A DNA stretch of 64,000 nt from Thermoproteota archaeon (lineage in GTDB: Archaea > Thermoproteota > Thermoprotei > Thermofilales > B9-G17), in contig JAPDJW010000002.1 in NCBI GenBank assembly GCA_029258885.1, positions 128,001-192,000 of the forward strand, written 5' to 3'. The position numbers were made by a program, and so were the translations under genes. Below the pieces are notes generated by a model. That model ran no database searches, was not told the origin of the DNA, and saw nothing but the letters and a program-made list of their open reading frames with translations. Below, piece after piece: positions 1 through 9,399 of the stretch. Each line of letters opens with the position of its first letter. The stretch's first letter is position 1.

Positions 1-1345
1 GAACCCATTTATCCCCTAATCCTCTGCCTAAAGCATAGCTGGACAGCACCCTTTCCCATTTCTCCCATAGCTCCGGGTGAAGCTTTCTAACAGCCTCGAA
101 CTCCGCCACCTCACAGGCCGGACAGAGGAAACAGCCAAGCCTATCGAAGCCCGCCTCATATAGGGGATTCACGGTAGCGCGATTCAAGAACAGGTAAAGC
201 CATACGTCTAGTGCTGTCCAGTCGTTAATGGGGGATGCTGAAAGCAGCGATGGAATCCACCTATTCCTCCACACCCTTGGGGATCTAAACCTAGCAAACG
301 ACTCGTATCGCCGCTGACCAACTATACTCAACACTTTACTTAAGCCATATTTTTCACGGAAAGCCCTTATAATTGGCGCGAGTTTAACTATTTTACAGCA
401 CCACCTATAATCCCTAGCCGGAGGACCAAAAACCTCTAGACCATCCCAGAATCTATCGCCTGCATCGGCAGATATCAGCTCGACGCCTGTCCTCTCAGCA
501 AACATACTAACGTACTCAACCGTTTCAGGCATCTCTATTCCAGTATCGTTGAAGAGTATGGGAACACTACCTAAAGTTTTCTCGGTAATCAGATATGAGG
601 CTAAGCTGTCTTTTCCTCCGGAGAAGGATACATAAATTCCTTCGAATCCCTTTCTCGATAGATCCTTTATAAAGTCGATTGCTTCTCTTTCAAGCCAGTT
701 TATGTAATCCCTATTACATCTAACCGCCTCATCCCATGTACTCGCACGACTTGAAAGATTATAGCTCCTCCGCCTCCACGACTTAATGACCTTTATTCTA
801 GAGCCAGGTAATCTCTCCCCCAATGCATAGAACTTACCGTTTATGGTCTTCAATGCAACGTAAATTCCTTTTCTCTCAGGCAAATGCGATTTGACGATGT
901 TGCTCTTATGTACTATAAAACCCCTAGCAAGCTTAGGTAGATCTACTAAAGCATAGTACCCTATCTCCTCCTCAACCATCCTATGGACTCCCGCATATAT
1001 CGGCTTAAATCTCCACCTAAACAGCTTCAGATCAAAGAATACGTGGGCGACTATATAGCCTGAAACAATAACTTCATCCCCAGCATCAGGATAAGGTATC
1101 TTATTCAATAAAACAACCTGATCTCTAGGAACGAGAAAATCATATTCCTCGTTAAATAGCTCACGTGCAGCATACCATATCCTCTCAAGATCGGCTCTAA
1201 AGGCAGGCCTTAAGTCAGAGGGAGGAGTAGACCTAACCACAAACCCCCTACTGCCACAGGATTCACAGAACCCGCTCAGAAGGGGGACGTTACAGCTAGG
1301 ACACCAGTATACCCTCTTACCTTCTCGCAATATCTTCTCAAGCAT
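1..1345 (-). CDS. PAPS reductase family protein with N-terminal Zn-ribbon/PUA-like region; runs off the left window edge
   Basis: Manually translated because it is absent from the ORF track. Starts MLEKILREGKRVYWCPSCNVPLLSGFCESCG. Contains the PP-loop YVSFSGGKDSL, RWCCKIVKLAP and GFDRLGCFLCPAC. Confidence 0.85.
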   Translation of the reverse strand, partial: MLEKILREGKRVYWCPSCNVPLLSGFCESCGSRGFVVRSTPPSDLRPAFRADLERIWYAARELFNEEYDFLVPRDQVVLLNKIPYPDAGDEVIVSGYIVAHVFFDLKLFRWRFKPIYAGVHRMVEEEIGYYALVDLPKLARGFIVHKSNIVKSHLPERKGIYVALKTINGKFYALGERLPGSRIKVIKSWRRRSYNLSSRASTWDEAVRCNRDYINWLEREAIDFIKDLSRKGFEGIYVSFSGGKDSLASYLITEKTLGSVPILFNDTGIEMPETVEYVSMFAERTGVELISADAGDRFWDGLEVFGPPARDYRWCCKIVKLAPIIRAFREKYGLSKVLSIVGQRRYESFARFRSPRVWRNRWIPSLLSASPINDWTALDVWLYLFLNRATVNPLYEAGFDRLGCFLCPACEVAEFEAVRKLHPELWEKWERVLSSYALGRGLGDKWV

Positions 1346-1355
1346 ATCGGAGCAC

Positions 1356-1880
1356 TTAGAGGCTCAAGCTATAGCTAGCAACTATCCTGTATTTATCGCC
1401 CTCAGCCCTATATAAACATACTTTATCAACAACAGCCTCGTCACGGATATCCTTAAATTGCTTAACAACCCTGCTAACATACCTATGTATGCTTAGGTCA
1501 GGTTTAATGGGAAGCCTAGCTAACGAGACATGGGGGCGAAAATCAGCATACTTATCCTTAGTTTTAATGCCATATTTACTCATATATTCAATTATAGCCT
1601 TCCTTAATTCAGATAATTTTTCTACACCTCTAACTACGGGGGCAACAAGATATCTGGGGGAGGAGGCCGAGGGGAAAGGTATCACGCCCTTAAAGTATAG
1701 TTTAAAAGCCTTGAGGGAGCCTATTGCTGGAGATAAGTCTATGAAGGCAACGTTTTTCCTTACGGCGCCCAGATATACTATGGTTAAATGTCTTTTCTCG
1801 ATAGGTATAGCATCGTAATATTCAAAGCTTAACTTCCCGTAAGCTTCAAGATGTATAGGCAAGGCATAGAAGTATGTCAA
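1356..1880 (-). CDS. thpR: RNA 2',3'-cyclic phosphodiesterase (2H phosphoesterase, LigT/ThpR family)
   Basis: Two HxT/S motifs (RHLTIVYLG, PHVSLAR). The ORF track starts at 1934, but TTG at 1880 follows an AGGTGGT SD and is more likely. Confidence 0.85.
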   Translation of the reverse strand: MTYFYALPIHLEAYGKLSFEYYDAIPIEKRHLTIVYLGAVRKNVAFIDLSPAIGSLKAFKLYFKGVIPFPSASSPRYLVAPVVRGVEKLSELRKAIIEYMSKYGIKTKDKYADFRPHVSLARLPIKPDLSIHRYVSRVVKQFKDIRDEAVVDKVCLYRAEGDKYRIVASYSLSL

Positions 1881-1894
1881 AACACCACCTGTCT

Positions 1895-1925
1895 GCCTAA
1901 CTTTTAAATATATATTTAATGAGAT
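1895..1925. promoter_or_regulatory. Shared AT-rich TATA region for divergent thpR and the NTP-transferase gene
   Basis: TTTTAAATATATATTTAAT lies in a ~50-bp gap between two divergent starts. Confidence 0.5.
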
Positions 1926-1932
1926 ATATAAC

Positions 1933-4440
1933 ATGAAAGCCGTTATAATGGCTGGCGGCGAGGGGACTAGGCTTAGGCCCTTAACTTCTTATAGGCCTAA
2001 GCCTATGGTCCCCCTAGTTAATACACCTATTCTAGAGCATGTAATAAGGCTATTGAAGAGTCACAACATTAGGGATATAGTGCTGACCCTCCACTATCTC
2101 CCACAAACTATAATGGAGTATTTCTCTGATGGGTCAAGATTCGGCGTTAAGTTGAATTACAAGATTGAGGAAAAGCCCCTGGGAACTGCAGGTGGAGTTA
2201 GGAACTGCTATGATCTTCTTGATGAGAGGTTCATAGTTATAAGTGGCGATGTGTTTACAAACGTAAATATAAGCGAGATAGTGAAGTTTCACGTTAAGAG
2301 GGGGGCGTTAATAACCATAGCGTTTACGCGTTCTGATAATCCAACAGAGTATGGTATCGCGTTGCTCGACGACGAGGGGAGGGTAACCAGATACCTTGAG
2401 AAGCCGAGCTGGGGCGAGGTGTTCAGCGACCTAATAAACATGGGCATCTACGTCATAGAGCCTGAGCTACTTGAATATATTCCACGCAACACAACTTTCG
2501 ACTTCAGTAGAGATCTCTTCCCCCTACTTATAAGGAGGAATGAGGCAGTATACGGCTGGGTTACTGAGGACGTATATTGGAGCGACATAGGGACGCATAC
2601 GGAGTACCTTAAGACGCATAGAGATATCCTATCGGGTGTGGTTAAGGCCTACATACCCTCAAGAAGGAAGGATGACATATGGATTGGAAACAACGTTAAG
2701 GTAGAGGAAGGAGTTGAAATAGAGCCACCCGTAGTAATCGGAGATAACGTGAGGATAAAGAGCGGGGCGAGGATAGGGAAGTATACGGTGATAGGGAATG
2801 GAACCATAATAGATAGCGGCGTGCATATAGAGAGGTCTGTTATATGGGGGAACACCTACGTTGGATCAAACACCAGGATAATGGGGGCCATTATAGCCTC
2901 TAAGAACGACATTTCATCAGACGTATACATAGGGGAGGGCGCAGTAATAGGCGATGAATGTAAGATCGGGAGAGGAGTGATAATTAAATCAGGCATCAAA
3001 ATATGGCCAGCCAAGATAATAGACCCCTACACTACTGTCTCAATAAATTTAAAGTGGGGAATAAGGTGGGCAAAAAGGGTATTCGGGCCATGGGGCATCT
3101 CAGGACTAGCAAATATAGAGATAACCCCGGAGCTTGCCGTTAGAATAGGAATGGCCATAGGGACGTGGATAGGCAAGGGCAAGTCAGTCGTAGTTTCAAG
3201 GGATCCTTATAAGACATCAAGAATGCTGAAGAGAGCACTTGTCTCAGGGCTGCTCTCCACGGGGGTCTACGTCTATAATCTAAAGGTTGCAACAACGCCC
3301 ATGCTAAGATACTACATTAGGCATGCGGGGGCTAGCGCTGGAGTAGCCGTAATAACGCCAGTAGCAAACCCCTATTCAATTAAGATAAAGGTCTTCGATG
3401 AATCCGGGCTGGACATCTCTACGAGGGATAGAGAGAAGATAGAGAGAATACTGGCCAAGGAGGAGTTCAACAAGGTTCTAGCGGATGAGGTACTTGGAAT
3501 GTGCTATCCATCCGGAGTTGTGGAGAGCTACCTCAATAACCTTCTATCCAAGATTTCGACGAAGAAGGTCAAGAGGAGAAGGCCTAAAATAGTCATCGAC
3601 TGCGGCAACGGAGCAGCGTCCCTAGTAGCCCCTGTATTTTTCTCGAAGATAGGTGCTGAAGCAATACCGGTGAACGCTCGTTCGGAGGAGAACCTTCCGC
3701 CCAGAGATATCTCACAGATACCTGACATGGTTAAAACCCTAGCTGGAATAGTTAAAGCTGTTGAGGCTGATCTAGGCGTAATGTTCGATGAGGATGGAGA
3801 TAGAATAATAGTTATAGATGACTCCGGAAACGTAATCTCTGGAGACACCCTGCTCGCGCTGCTAGCTAAGGAGGAGCTAACTCTGAGCGGTGGAGGAAAC
3901 GTCGTAGTACCGGTCACTGCTTCCAGGGTAATGGATAAGATCATTAAGGAGTATGATGGAAGGGCTATAAGGGTTAAATCCGACGCCAGAGCCATACTTG
4001 AGGGTATAATTAAGCATGACGCTATTTTCGGGGGCGACGAGAGAGGAGCCTTCGCGTATCCTAGGTACATCGTCGGGTTCGATGGAGTAGTTGCCACCTA
4101 CAGGCTTCTCGAGGCAATATCCGAGGGAAGAAAGCTATCGGATATGGTTAAGAAGCTGCCGTTGACGTACATGGCTAAGAGCAGCTTTAAGGTATCAACC
4201 GAGCTCAGAGGTAAGATTATTAGGAGGATGCTGGAGGAGCTCAAGGAGAACAACATAGACGTGCTGGACGGAATAAAGGTAGTAGAGGAGCATGGATGGG
4301 TACTGATTAGACCAAGGCCCCACGAGCCGTTCTTCGACCTATACGCGGAGTCCGACAATCTAGAGCACGCAGAGACGCTACTGAGAAGATATACAACGTT
4401 CGTCCACAATATTCTCTCAAGAATTGGGGGAACTGAATGA
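1933..4440 (+). CDS. Sugar-1-phosphate nucleotidyltransferase (mannose-1-P guanylyltransferase-like) with hexapeptide repeats, fused to a phosphohexomutase-like domain
   Basis: MKAVIMAGGEGTRLRPLT...PKPMVP, followed by I-G hexapeptide repeats, FGPWGISG, IDCGNGAAS and FDEDGDRI. Confidence 0.9.
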   Translation: MKAVIMAGGEGTRLRPLTSYRPKPMVPLVNTPILEHVIRLLKSHNIRDIVLTLHYLPQTIMEYFSDGSRFGVKLNYKIEEKPLGTAGGVRNCYDLLDERFIVISGDVFTNVNISEIVKFHVKRGALITIAFTRSDNPTEYGIALLDDEGRVTRYLEKPSWGEVFSDLINMGIYVIEPELLEYIPRNTTFDFSRDLFPLLIRRNEAVYGWVTEDVYWSDIGTHTEYLKTHRDILSGVVKAYIPSRRKDDIWIGNNVKVEEGVEIEPPVVIGDNVRIKSGARIGKYTVIGNGTIIDSGVHIERSVIWGNTYVGSNTRIMGAIIASKNDISSDVYIGEGAVIGDECKIGRGVIIKSGIKIWPAKIIDPYTTVSINLKWGIRWAKRVFGPWGISGLANIEITPELAVRIGMAIGTWIGKGKSVVVSRDPYKTSRMLKRALVSGLLSTGVYVYNLKVATTPMLRYYIRHAGASAGVAVITPVANPYSIKIKVFDESGLDISTRDREKIERILAKEEFNKVLADEVLGMCYPSGVVESYLNNLLSKISTKKVKRRRPKIVIDCGNGAASLVAPVFFSKIGAEAIPVNARSEENLPPRDISQIPDMVKTLAGIVKAVEADLGVMFDEDGDRIIVIDDSGNVISGDTLLALLAKEELTLSGGGNVVVPVTASRVMDKIIKEYDGRAIRVKSDARAILEGIIKHDAIFGGDERGAFAYPRYIVGFDGVVATYRLLEAISEGRKLSDMVKKLPLTYMAKSSFKVSTELRGKIIRRMLEELKENNIDVLDGIKVVEEHGWVLIRPRPHEPFFDLYAESDNLEHAETLLRRYTTFVHNILSRIGGTE

Positions 4441-5630
4441 ATAGTTTCAGGAGCGAGTTTCCGCAATTAAAGCGCTTAACCTACCTAAATACGGCTGCCG
4501 ATGGACTTCTACCTCTAAGGACTATTAAGGCATGTAGGAGGCTTATAGGAAGGTTTAGGGTAGGCGTACCCCGCGACACATATACACGTAACGTAATCGG
4601 GAAGCTAAAGAATGAGCTGGCCAAGCTATTTAATGTTCCACCGCATTGCTTTGCTCTAACCTTAAGTACAACCACTGGGCTTAAATTAGCATTAAGCCTA
4701 ATTGACGTTAAGAAGGGCGAGAACATAGTTAGCTTCGATCTAGAGTTTCCCGGTGTTGCATGGGTCGTAAAGTCAAAGTGTAGGCAGGCGGGATGCACCC
4801 TAAGAGTTGTAAAACACAGAAATGGAAGATACGACTACGGCGAAATAGAGAAAGCTGTGGACGACAAAACGAAGGCGATAGTTCTAAGTAGCGTGGAGTG
4901 GGTAAATGGTTTTAAATTCGATTTAAAGAAGATGAGTGAAATAGCTTCATCGGTAAACGCCTACCTTATAGTTGACGCCGTACAGCATGCCGGAGCCTTA
5001 AGGCTCGATTTAAGCAGAGTTAAAGTGGATATATTAGTTTCAAGTAGCAACAAATGGCTGATAACACCTAAGGTAGGATGCGGATTCACATACATCAATC
5101 CCGAGATACTGGATGAGCTCAAGGAACCGTTATACGGCCTACACAACATGGAGGAGCCTCGAGGCGGATGGGAGAAGTGGTGGGCAAAACCCGATAAGGA
5201 CGTATGGAGCTATTTTAAGCCTATAAGGAAGGCTTCAAGGTATGAGTGGGGCGGGACGCCGCCGCTACTTAACATCTATGCCACCTATACTTCAATAAGT
5301 ATGATAAATGAAGCGGGCATAGAGAGGATAGAGAGCATAAACATGAATTTAAAGCGTTATCTTATAGACGAGCTGCGTAATTTAGGCGTTGAGAGGATCT
5401 ACTTAATAGATGAACCTAGCTCTTGGTCAAGCATAACATTGTTTAATGTTTCCGGTAAGATTGAGAAGGATATGAGGATAGCGTATGAGCTCAGGAAACG
5501 TAACGTAAGGTTATCTTATAGGGGGACTGCTGGAATAGGAGGCATACGAGTATCTCCTCATTTCTACAATAGCAGGGACGATATCGATAGGCTAATCTTT
5601 CACCTAAGAGAGTTAATGAAGAATCTTTAA
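4437..5630 (+). CDS. Class V PLP-dependent aminotransferase
   Basis: YLNTAA, VDAVQHAG, SSSNKWL (PLP lysine) and IRVSPHFYN. No catalytic Cys loop is visible, so it is not called a cysteine desulfurase. Confidence 0.85.
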   Translation: MNSFRSEFPQLKRLTYLNTAADGLLPLRTIKACRRLIGRFRVGVPRDTYTRNVIGKLKNELAKLFNVPPHCFALTLSTTTGLKLALSLIDVKKGENIVSFDLEFPGVAWVVKSKCRQAGCTLRVVKHRNGRYDYGEIEKAVDDKTKAIVLSSVEWVNGFKFDLKKMSEIASSVNAYLIVDAVQHAGALRLDLSRVKVDILVSSSNKWLITPKVGCGFTYINPEILDELKEPLYGLHNMEEPRGGWEKWWAKPDKDVWSYFKPIRKASRYEWGGTPPLLNIYATYTSISMINEAGIERIESINMNLKRYLIDELRNLGVERIYLIDEPSSWSSITLFNVSGKIEKDMRIAYELRKRNVRLSYRGTAGIGGIRVSPHFYNSRDDIDRLIFHLRELMKNL

Positions 5631-5677
5631 CTCAAAATTGTGAGTTAATTTATTTAAAATCTTCTTCAAAGAGAAAT

Positions 5678-5956
5678 TGGTGGCATGGCGTAAAGACGAT
5701 ATTTGTTATCGTTTTTGCCGCTTTATCTGCGGGAGGCCTAATATATGTGTGAATATCGAACAAACTATTCTGGTCGATTTCTAGAATAGCGCTACTAGTC
5801 TCGCTGGAAGGACACGGAAGAACAACGCCTGTAAACAGAGCCATAATGGTAGATGTACATACAGTGTCTTCAATACTTACGGTAGCTCTAGCCATAATCC
5901 ACATATACTTAAACTGGAACTGCATAGCAAGCTACGTTAAAATGGCCTTAAATTAA
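5678..5956 (+). pseudogene. DUF4405-like two-His membrane protein remnant
   Basis: The + frame reads ...RAIMVDVHTVSSILTVALAIIHIYLNWNCIASYVKMALN*. It has an in-frame TGA at 5750-5752 and no clear start. Confidence 0.5.
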
Positions 5957-6231
5957 GATAAACCGAGCTTTACGAGAATATCCAAGGCTTTCTCAAGCTT
6001 ATCCAGCTCCTTTAAGCCCTTTTCAGTGATATAATACACCCTAGACTTACCCGTGTCCCTAGCTGATATAATCATGTTCTTCTCAAGGGACACTATAATA
6101 AGCTTAAGCCTATCATAGGGCATGTTAACGTACTCACAAAGTCTAGTAGCTGGCATCGGCCCTACCTGCTTCAACACCCTAAGTATCTCAACCAGTACCG
6201 AAAGCCTAGACCTATATCTCCTTCTCGGCAT
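5953..6231 (-). CDS. Winged helix-turn-helix transcriptional regulator (archaeal, RRxRSRL-type)
   Basis: MPRRRYRSRLSVLVEILRVL...TRLCEYVNMPYDRL...YYITEKG. The ATG at 6231 has a GGAGGA SD. Confidence 0.75.
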   Translation of the reverse strand: MPRRRYRSRLSVLVEILRVLKQVGPMPATRLCEYVNMPYDRLKLIIVSLEKNMIISARDTGKSRVYYITEKGLKELDKLEKALDILVKLGLS

Positions 6232-6819
6232 TTCCTCCAGCCTTAACAAACCATATACCACACATCAGAGTAATGAAGGCCACCGATCTAACGAAAGCCG
6301 AATAAAGGTATAGAATTGGACTTGGAACCACTAGCATTAGGTGGGAGAAAATAGGAGAAACGCCATATCAATGTATGTAAACGCCTTCCTCTTAACAGCC
6401 ATTACAAGCAGAAGTGCCAAGGCTGTAGCGGAGATTATTTCACATACTGTCCATAGGAGAGGCATATCCTTGCCAGCTAAAAACAGAGCTAACGAACCCA
6501 AAGAATACCTGCTATTTTCAGGCTTAAAATCAATGAAGTAGGCTACAGTTAGCAGTAGGTAGGACATCGGGTAAAGTACTATATGAGGCGAATAAAGGAG
6601 TGCGGAAATTATCCAGTGGAACCTAGCTGAATGATACGATCCTGTAAAATATCCATATGCTCCAAATCCTAAAACCATGGTCTCGATGCCCAATGCCAGA
6701 GAAAGTATGGCTAGTGAAAGCGAGAGAATATACACCTTTTTCTCTCTGGCATATCCGCCTATTCTAAGTAACCTATAGATCGTGAGGATAAGTAGCGCTA
6801 TAGATATAAAGTTAAGCAC
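6212..6819 (-). pseudogene. Multi-pass membrane protein interrupted by a 1-nt frameshift near 6344-6351 (or a sequencing error)
   Basis: The hydrophobic ORF 6337-6819 stops at LFSPT*. Another frame continues HLMLVVPSPILYLYSAFVRSVAFITLMCGIWFVKAGGNAEKEEI* to 6212, overlapping the next start. Confidence 0.55.
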
Positions 6820-6939
6820 TAGAGAGACTGCTATGACGTAGCCGTGTAGACCTCTATGCCACTCTGAAGCACCTATCCCACTTTTTCAACACTTCATAAT
6901 AGTACTTCTGGAGATAAAAGTTCGATTATTGAGAGCAGA

Positions 6940-6995
6940 GCATCAGGCGCGAGAAGATTCGTCACCGCTCAGCTTACCGTCGTTTCATCCTCCAC
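6940..6995 (-). ncRNA. Box C/D methylation-guide sRNA
   Basis: The minus strand reads AGGATGA (C box) - AACGACGGTAAG (12 nt) - CTGA (D') - GC - GGTGA (C') - CGAATCTTCTCGCGC - CTGA (D). It is intergenic, with TTTAAT about 25 nt upstream. Confidence 0.7.
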
Positions 6996-7275
6996 TATAT
7001 AACTTCAAGGACCCTATTAAATCTTTGCTTCAAAAAATAGAACTAGTACATAGACTTTTACTAAAGTAAAGGATCACAGCAAGAACTTTAAGTTCAAGCC
7101 ACAATAATAGCATCACCAGTGATTATATAGCTAAAAAATATTTTATGAAAAGGGTTTATCAGTATGCAAATATCTAATTCTAACATTTTATAATTAAAAA
7201 ATCTTAGAAAAAGTTGCTAAATCAATAAAAATTCATAGAAACGCTTATAATAAAAGTGATGTTTCGTATATTCTC

Positions 7276-8538
7276 ATGCAGGTCGCAGCATTAAAACAGT
7301 TGGTTATTGGAATATTGATTGGCATAGTAATTGGATCGGGAGTTCTCTACGGGTTAGCATCAGCAGAGATAATATCGATAACGCCGTCAGGCGTAGTAAA
7401 GAAGTTACCGAAGGAAATACCCATAGGTGTTCTACTCCCCCTGCAGGGCCCACTATCCACGTACGGTAATAAATGGAAGTATGCTGTCCAAATGGCATTC
7501 GAAGACGTCAATAACTACGTAAAACTCCTCGGATACGATATAACATTCAAGCCGCTCATAGAGGATACTCAAGTAAACCCAGAGCTGGCATTAACCGCCG
7601 TAAAGAACCTCTACTCTAAGGGCGTTAAGGTAATAATAGGTCCAGCCGCAAGCTCAGAGGTAAAGGCGATAGCCTCAACGGTTAACTCGTATAAGATAGT
7701 CGTAATATCGCCGTCCTCGACAGCACCAGATCTAGCTATACCAAACGACTTCATATTCAGGCTAGTAATCATAGATGCAATACAGGGACGTGCAATAGCG
7801 AAGCTAATTCTGAAGCATAACATAACGAAGGTCGTGGTCCTCTACAGGAAGGACGACTGGGGACAAGGATTATTCGATGCATTTAAAGAAAACTTTGAAT
7901 CCCTAGGGGGAACTGTTGTCGGCATACCGTTTGATCCAAAGGCTGAGGAGTTCTCTGCTGAAGTCAGGCAGGCCGCCGATGCACTACAGAATATGGGTAC
8001 AGAAGGATCAGGCGTGCTATTGATATCGTTTGAGGATGATGGGGTAAGCGTATTGAACACCGCAAAGGATATAGAGATACTAGGGCAGGTTATGTGGTTC
8101 GGATGCGATGGCACGGCTTTCTCAGGCAAGATACCGAGCCAGGTGGGGGACTTCGTAATAAGGGTTGGGGGACTACCGAGCACAATATTTTATCCGCAGA
8201 AATCAGTTAAAACCGATGAGTTTAGGCAGAGATATCTGAACGAGGTAGGGGAGGAGATAGATTCCTACGGCCTCAACATATACGACTGCGTATGGGTTGC
8301 TGCACTAAGCATACTTGAAGCAGGAGAATACGATGGAGAAGTCATAAAGAATGTATTGCCGGAGGTCGCATCGAGGTACTTTGGAGTAAGCGGATGGACG
8401 TTGCTCGATGAGGCAGGCGATAGAATTGGAGGCGGAGACTATATAATAGTGAAAATTGTACAGGAGGGCAGCGGTCTAAAGTGGATTGAAGCTGGAACGT
8501 ACATTATAGCTAAGGATATAATCGAATTTAGGGAGTAG
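7276..8538 (+). CDS. livK: Branched-chain amino acid-type ABC transporter substrate-binding protein with N-terminal TM anchor
   Basis: IPIGVLLPLQG, VKVIIGPAASSE and ISPSSTAP. Heads a LIV operon. Confidence 0.85.
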   Translation: MQVAALKQLVIGILIGIVIGSGVLYGLASAEIISITPSGVVKKLPKEIPIGVLLPLQGPLSTYGNKWKYAVQMAFEDVNNYVKLLGYDITFKPLIEDTQVNPELALTAVKNLYSKGVKVIIGPAASSEVKAIASTVNSYKIVVISPSSTAPDLAIPNDFIFRLVIIDAIQGRAIAKLILKHNITKVVVLYRKDDWGQGLFDAFKENFESLGGTVVGIPFDPKAEEFSAEVRQAADALQNMGTEGSGVLLISFEDDGVSVLNTAKDIEILGQVMWFGCDGTAFSGKIPSQVGDFVIRVGGLPSTIFYPQKSVKTDEFRQRYLNEVGEEIDSYGLNIYDCVWVAALSILEAGEYDGEVIKNVLPEVASRYFGVSGWTLLDEAGDRIGGGDYIIVKIVQEGSGLKWIEAGTYIIAKDIIEFRE

Positions 8539-8634
8539 AAATCTTAATATATAACCTCTCTTTTTTATCTAAAAAATCATTACCATCAATAATAATATAT
8601 TGAATAAAAAATTACTAATAGTAATAGTGATCGT

Positions 8635-9399
8635 ATGGAGCCTGAATACATAATATACGCAGAGAACGTGTACAAGAGCTTTGGTGGAGTAGTTGCATTA
8701 AGGAATGTTTCACTAGGATTGAGGCCGAGAACTATAACGATGATAATAGGTCCAAATGGAAGTGGAAAAACCACACTAATAAATGTGATATCCGGTGTAT
8801 ATAGGCCGGATCGAGGAAGGATATTCTTCGATGGAACGGATATTACGGGATGGCCTCCTCACAGAATCTTCAGCAGGGGATTAGCTAGAACATTCCAGGT
8901 ACCAGCACTCTTCACAAAGCTTACAGTTCTCGAAAATATGCTTGTAGTAGCTAGGGGTAATCCCGGCGAAAGCTTGTTCAAGGCAATTTTCAGAGGAAGT
9001 TGGATTAAGTATGAGGAGGAGCTAGTGGAGAAGGCGTTCAGAATCCTCGATATTCTTAATCTAAGTGATCTGTGGGATAAGAGGGCGCGTGAGCTAAGCG
9101 GAGGACAAATGAAGCTCTTGGAGATAGGTAGGACGTTAATGTGCGATCCAACGGCGATCTTAATGGATGAGCCGCTCGCCGGCGTTAATCCAAGCTTAGC
9201 ATACAATATACTCGAGTACCTGAGGAACATTAGGGATAGGGAGAACGTATCCTTCCTTGTAATAGAGCATAGGCTGGACATAATTTTGCCCTATATTGAC
9301 TATGTCTATTTCATGGTTGGGGGAAGGGTCTTTGCTCAAGGCAGACCTGAGGAGGTTATGGAGAATAAGGCTGTGCTAGAGGCCTACTTGGGTGAGTAG
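8635..9399 (+). CDS. livG: LIV-type ABC transporter ATP-binding protein
   Basis: GPNGSGKT, RTFQ, LSGGQ and LMDEPLAG. Confidence 0.9.
   Translation: MEPEYIIYAENVYKSFGGVVALRNVSLGLRPRTITMIIGPNGSGKTTLINVISGVYRPDRGRIFFDGTDITGWPPHRIFSRGLARTFQVPALFTKLTVLENMLVVARGNPGESLFKAIFRGSWIKYEEELVEKAFRILDILNLSDLWDKRARELSGGQMKLLEIGRTLMCDPTAILMDEPLAGVNPSLAYNILEYLRNIRDRENVSFLVIEHRLDIILPYIDYVYFMVGGRVFAQGRPEEVMENKAVLEAYLGE

Noticed and set aside
4437-5630. Cysteine desulfurase call
   Set aside because: The persulfide-forming Cys loop is absent and there are no suf/isc neighbours.
5750-5752. In-frame TGA as possible selenocysteine or readthrough
   Set aside because: It sits in a hydrophobic non-catalytic position, there is no good start codon upstream, and no Sec machinery is present in the window.
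5650-5925. 91-aa minus-strand ORF
   Set aside because: The + strand carries the recognisable DUF4405-like His motifs, so this ORF is its shadow.
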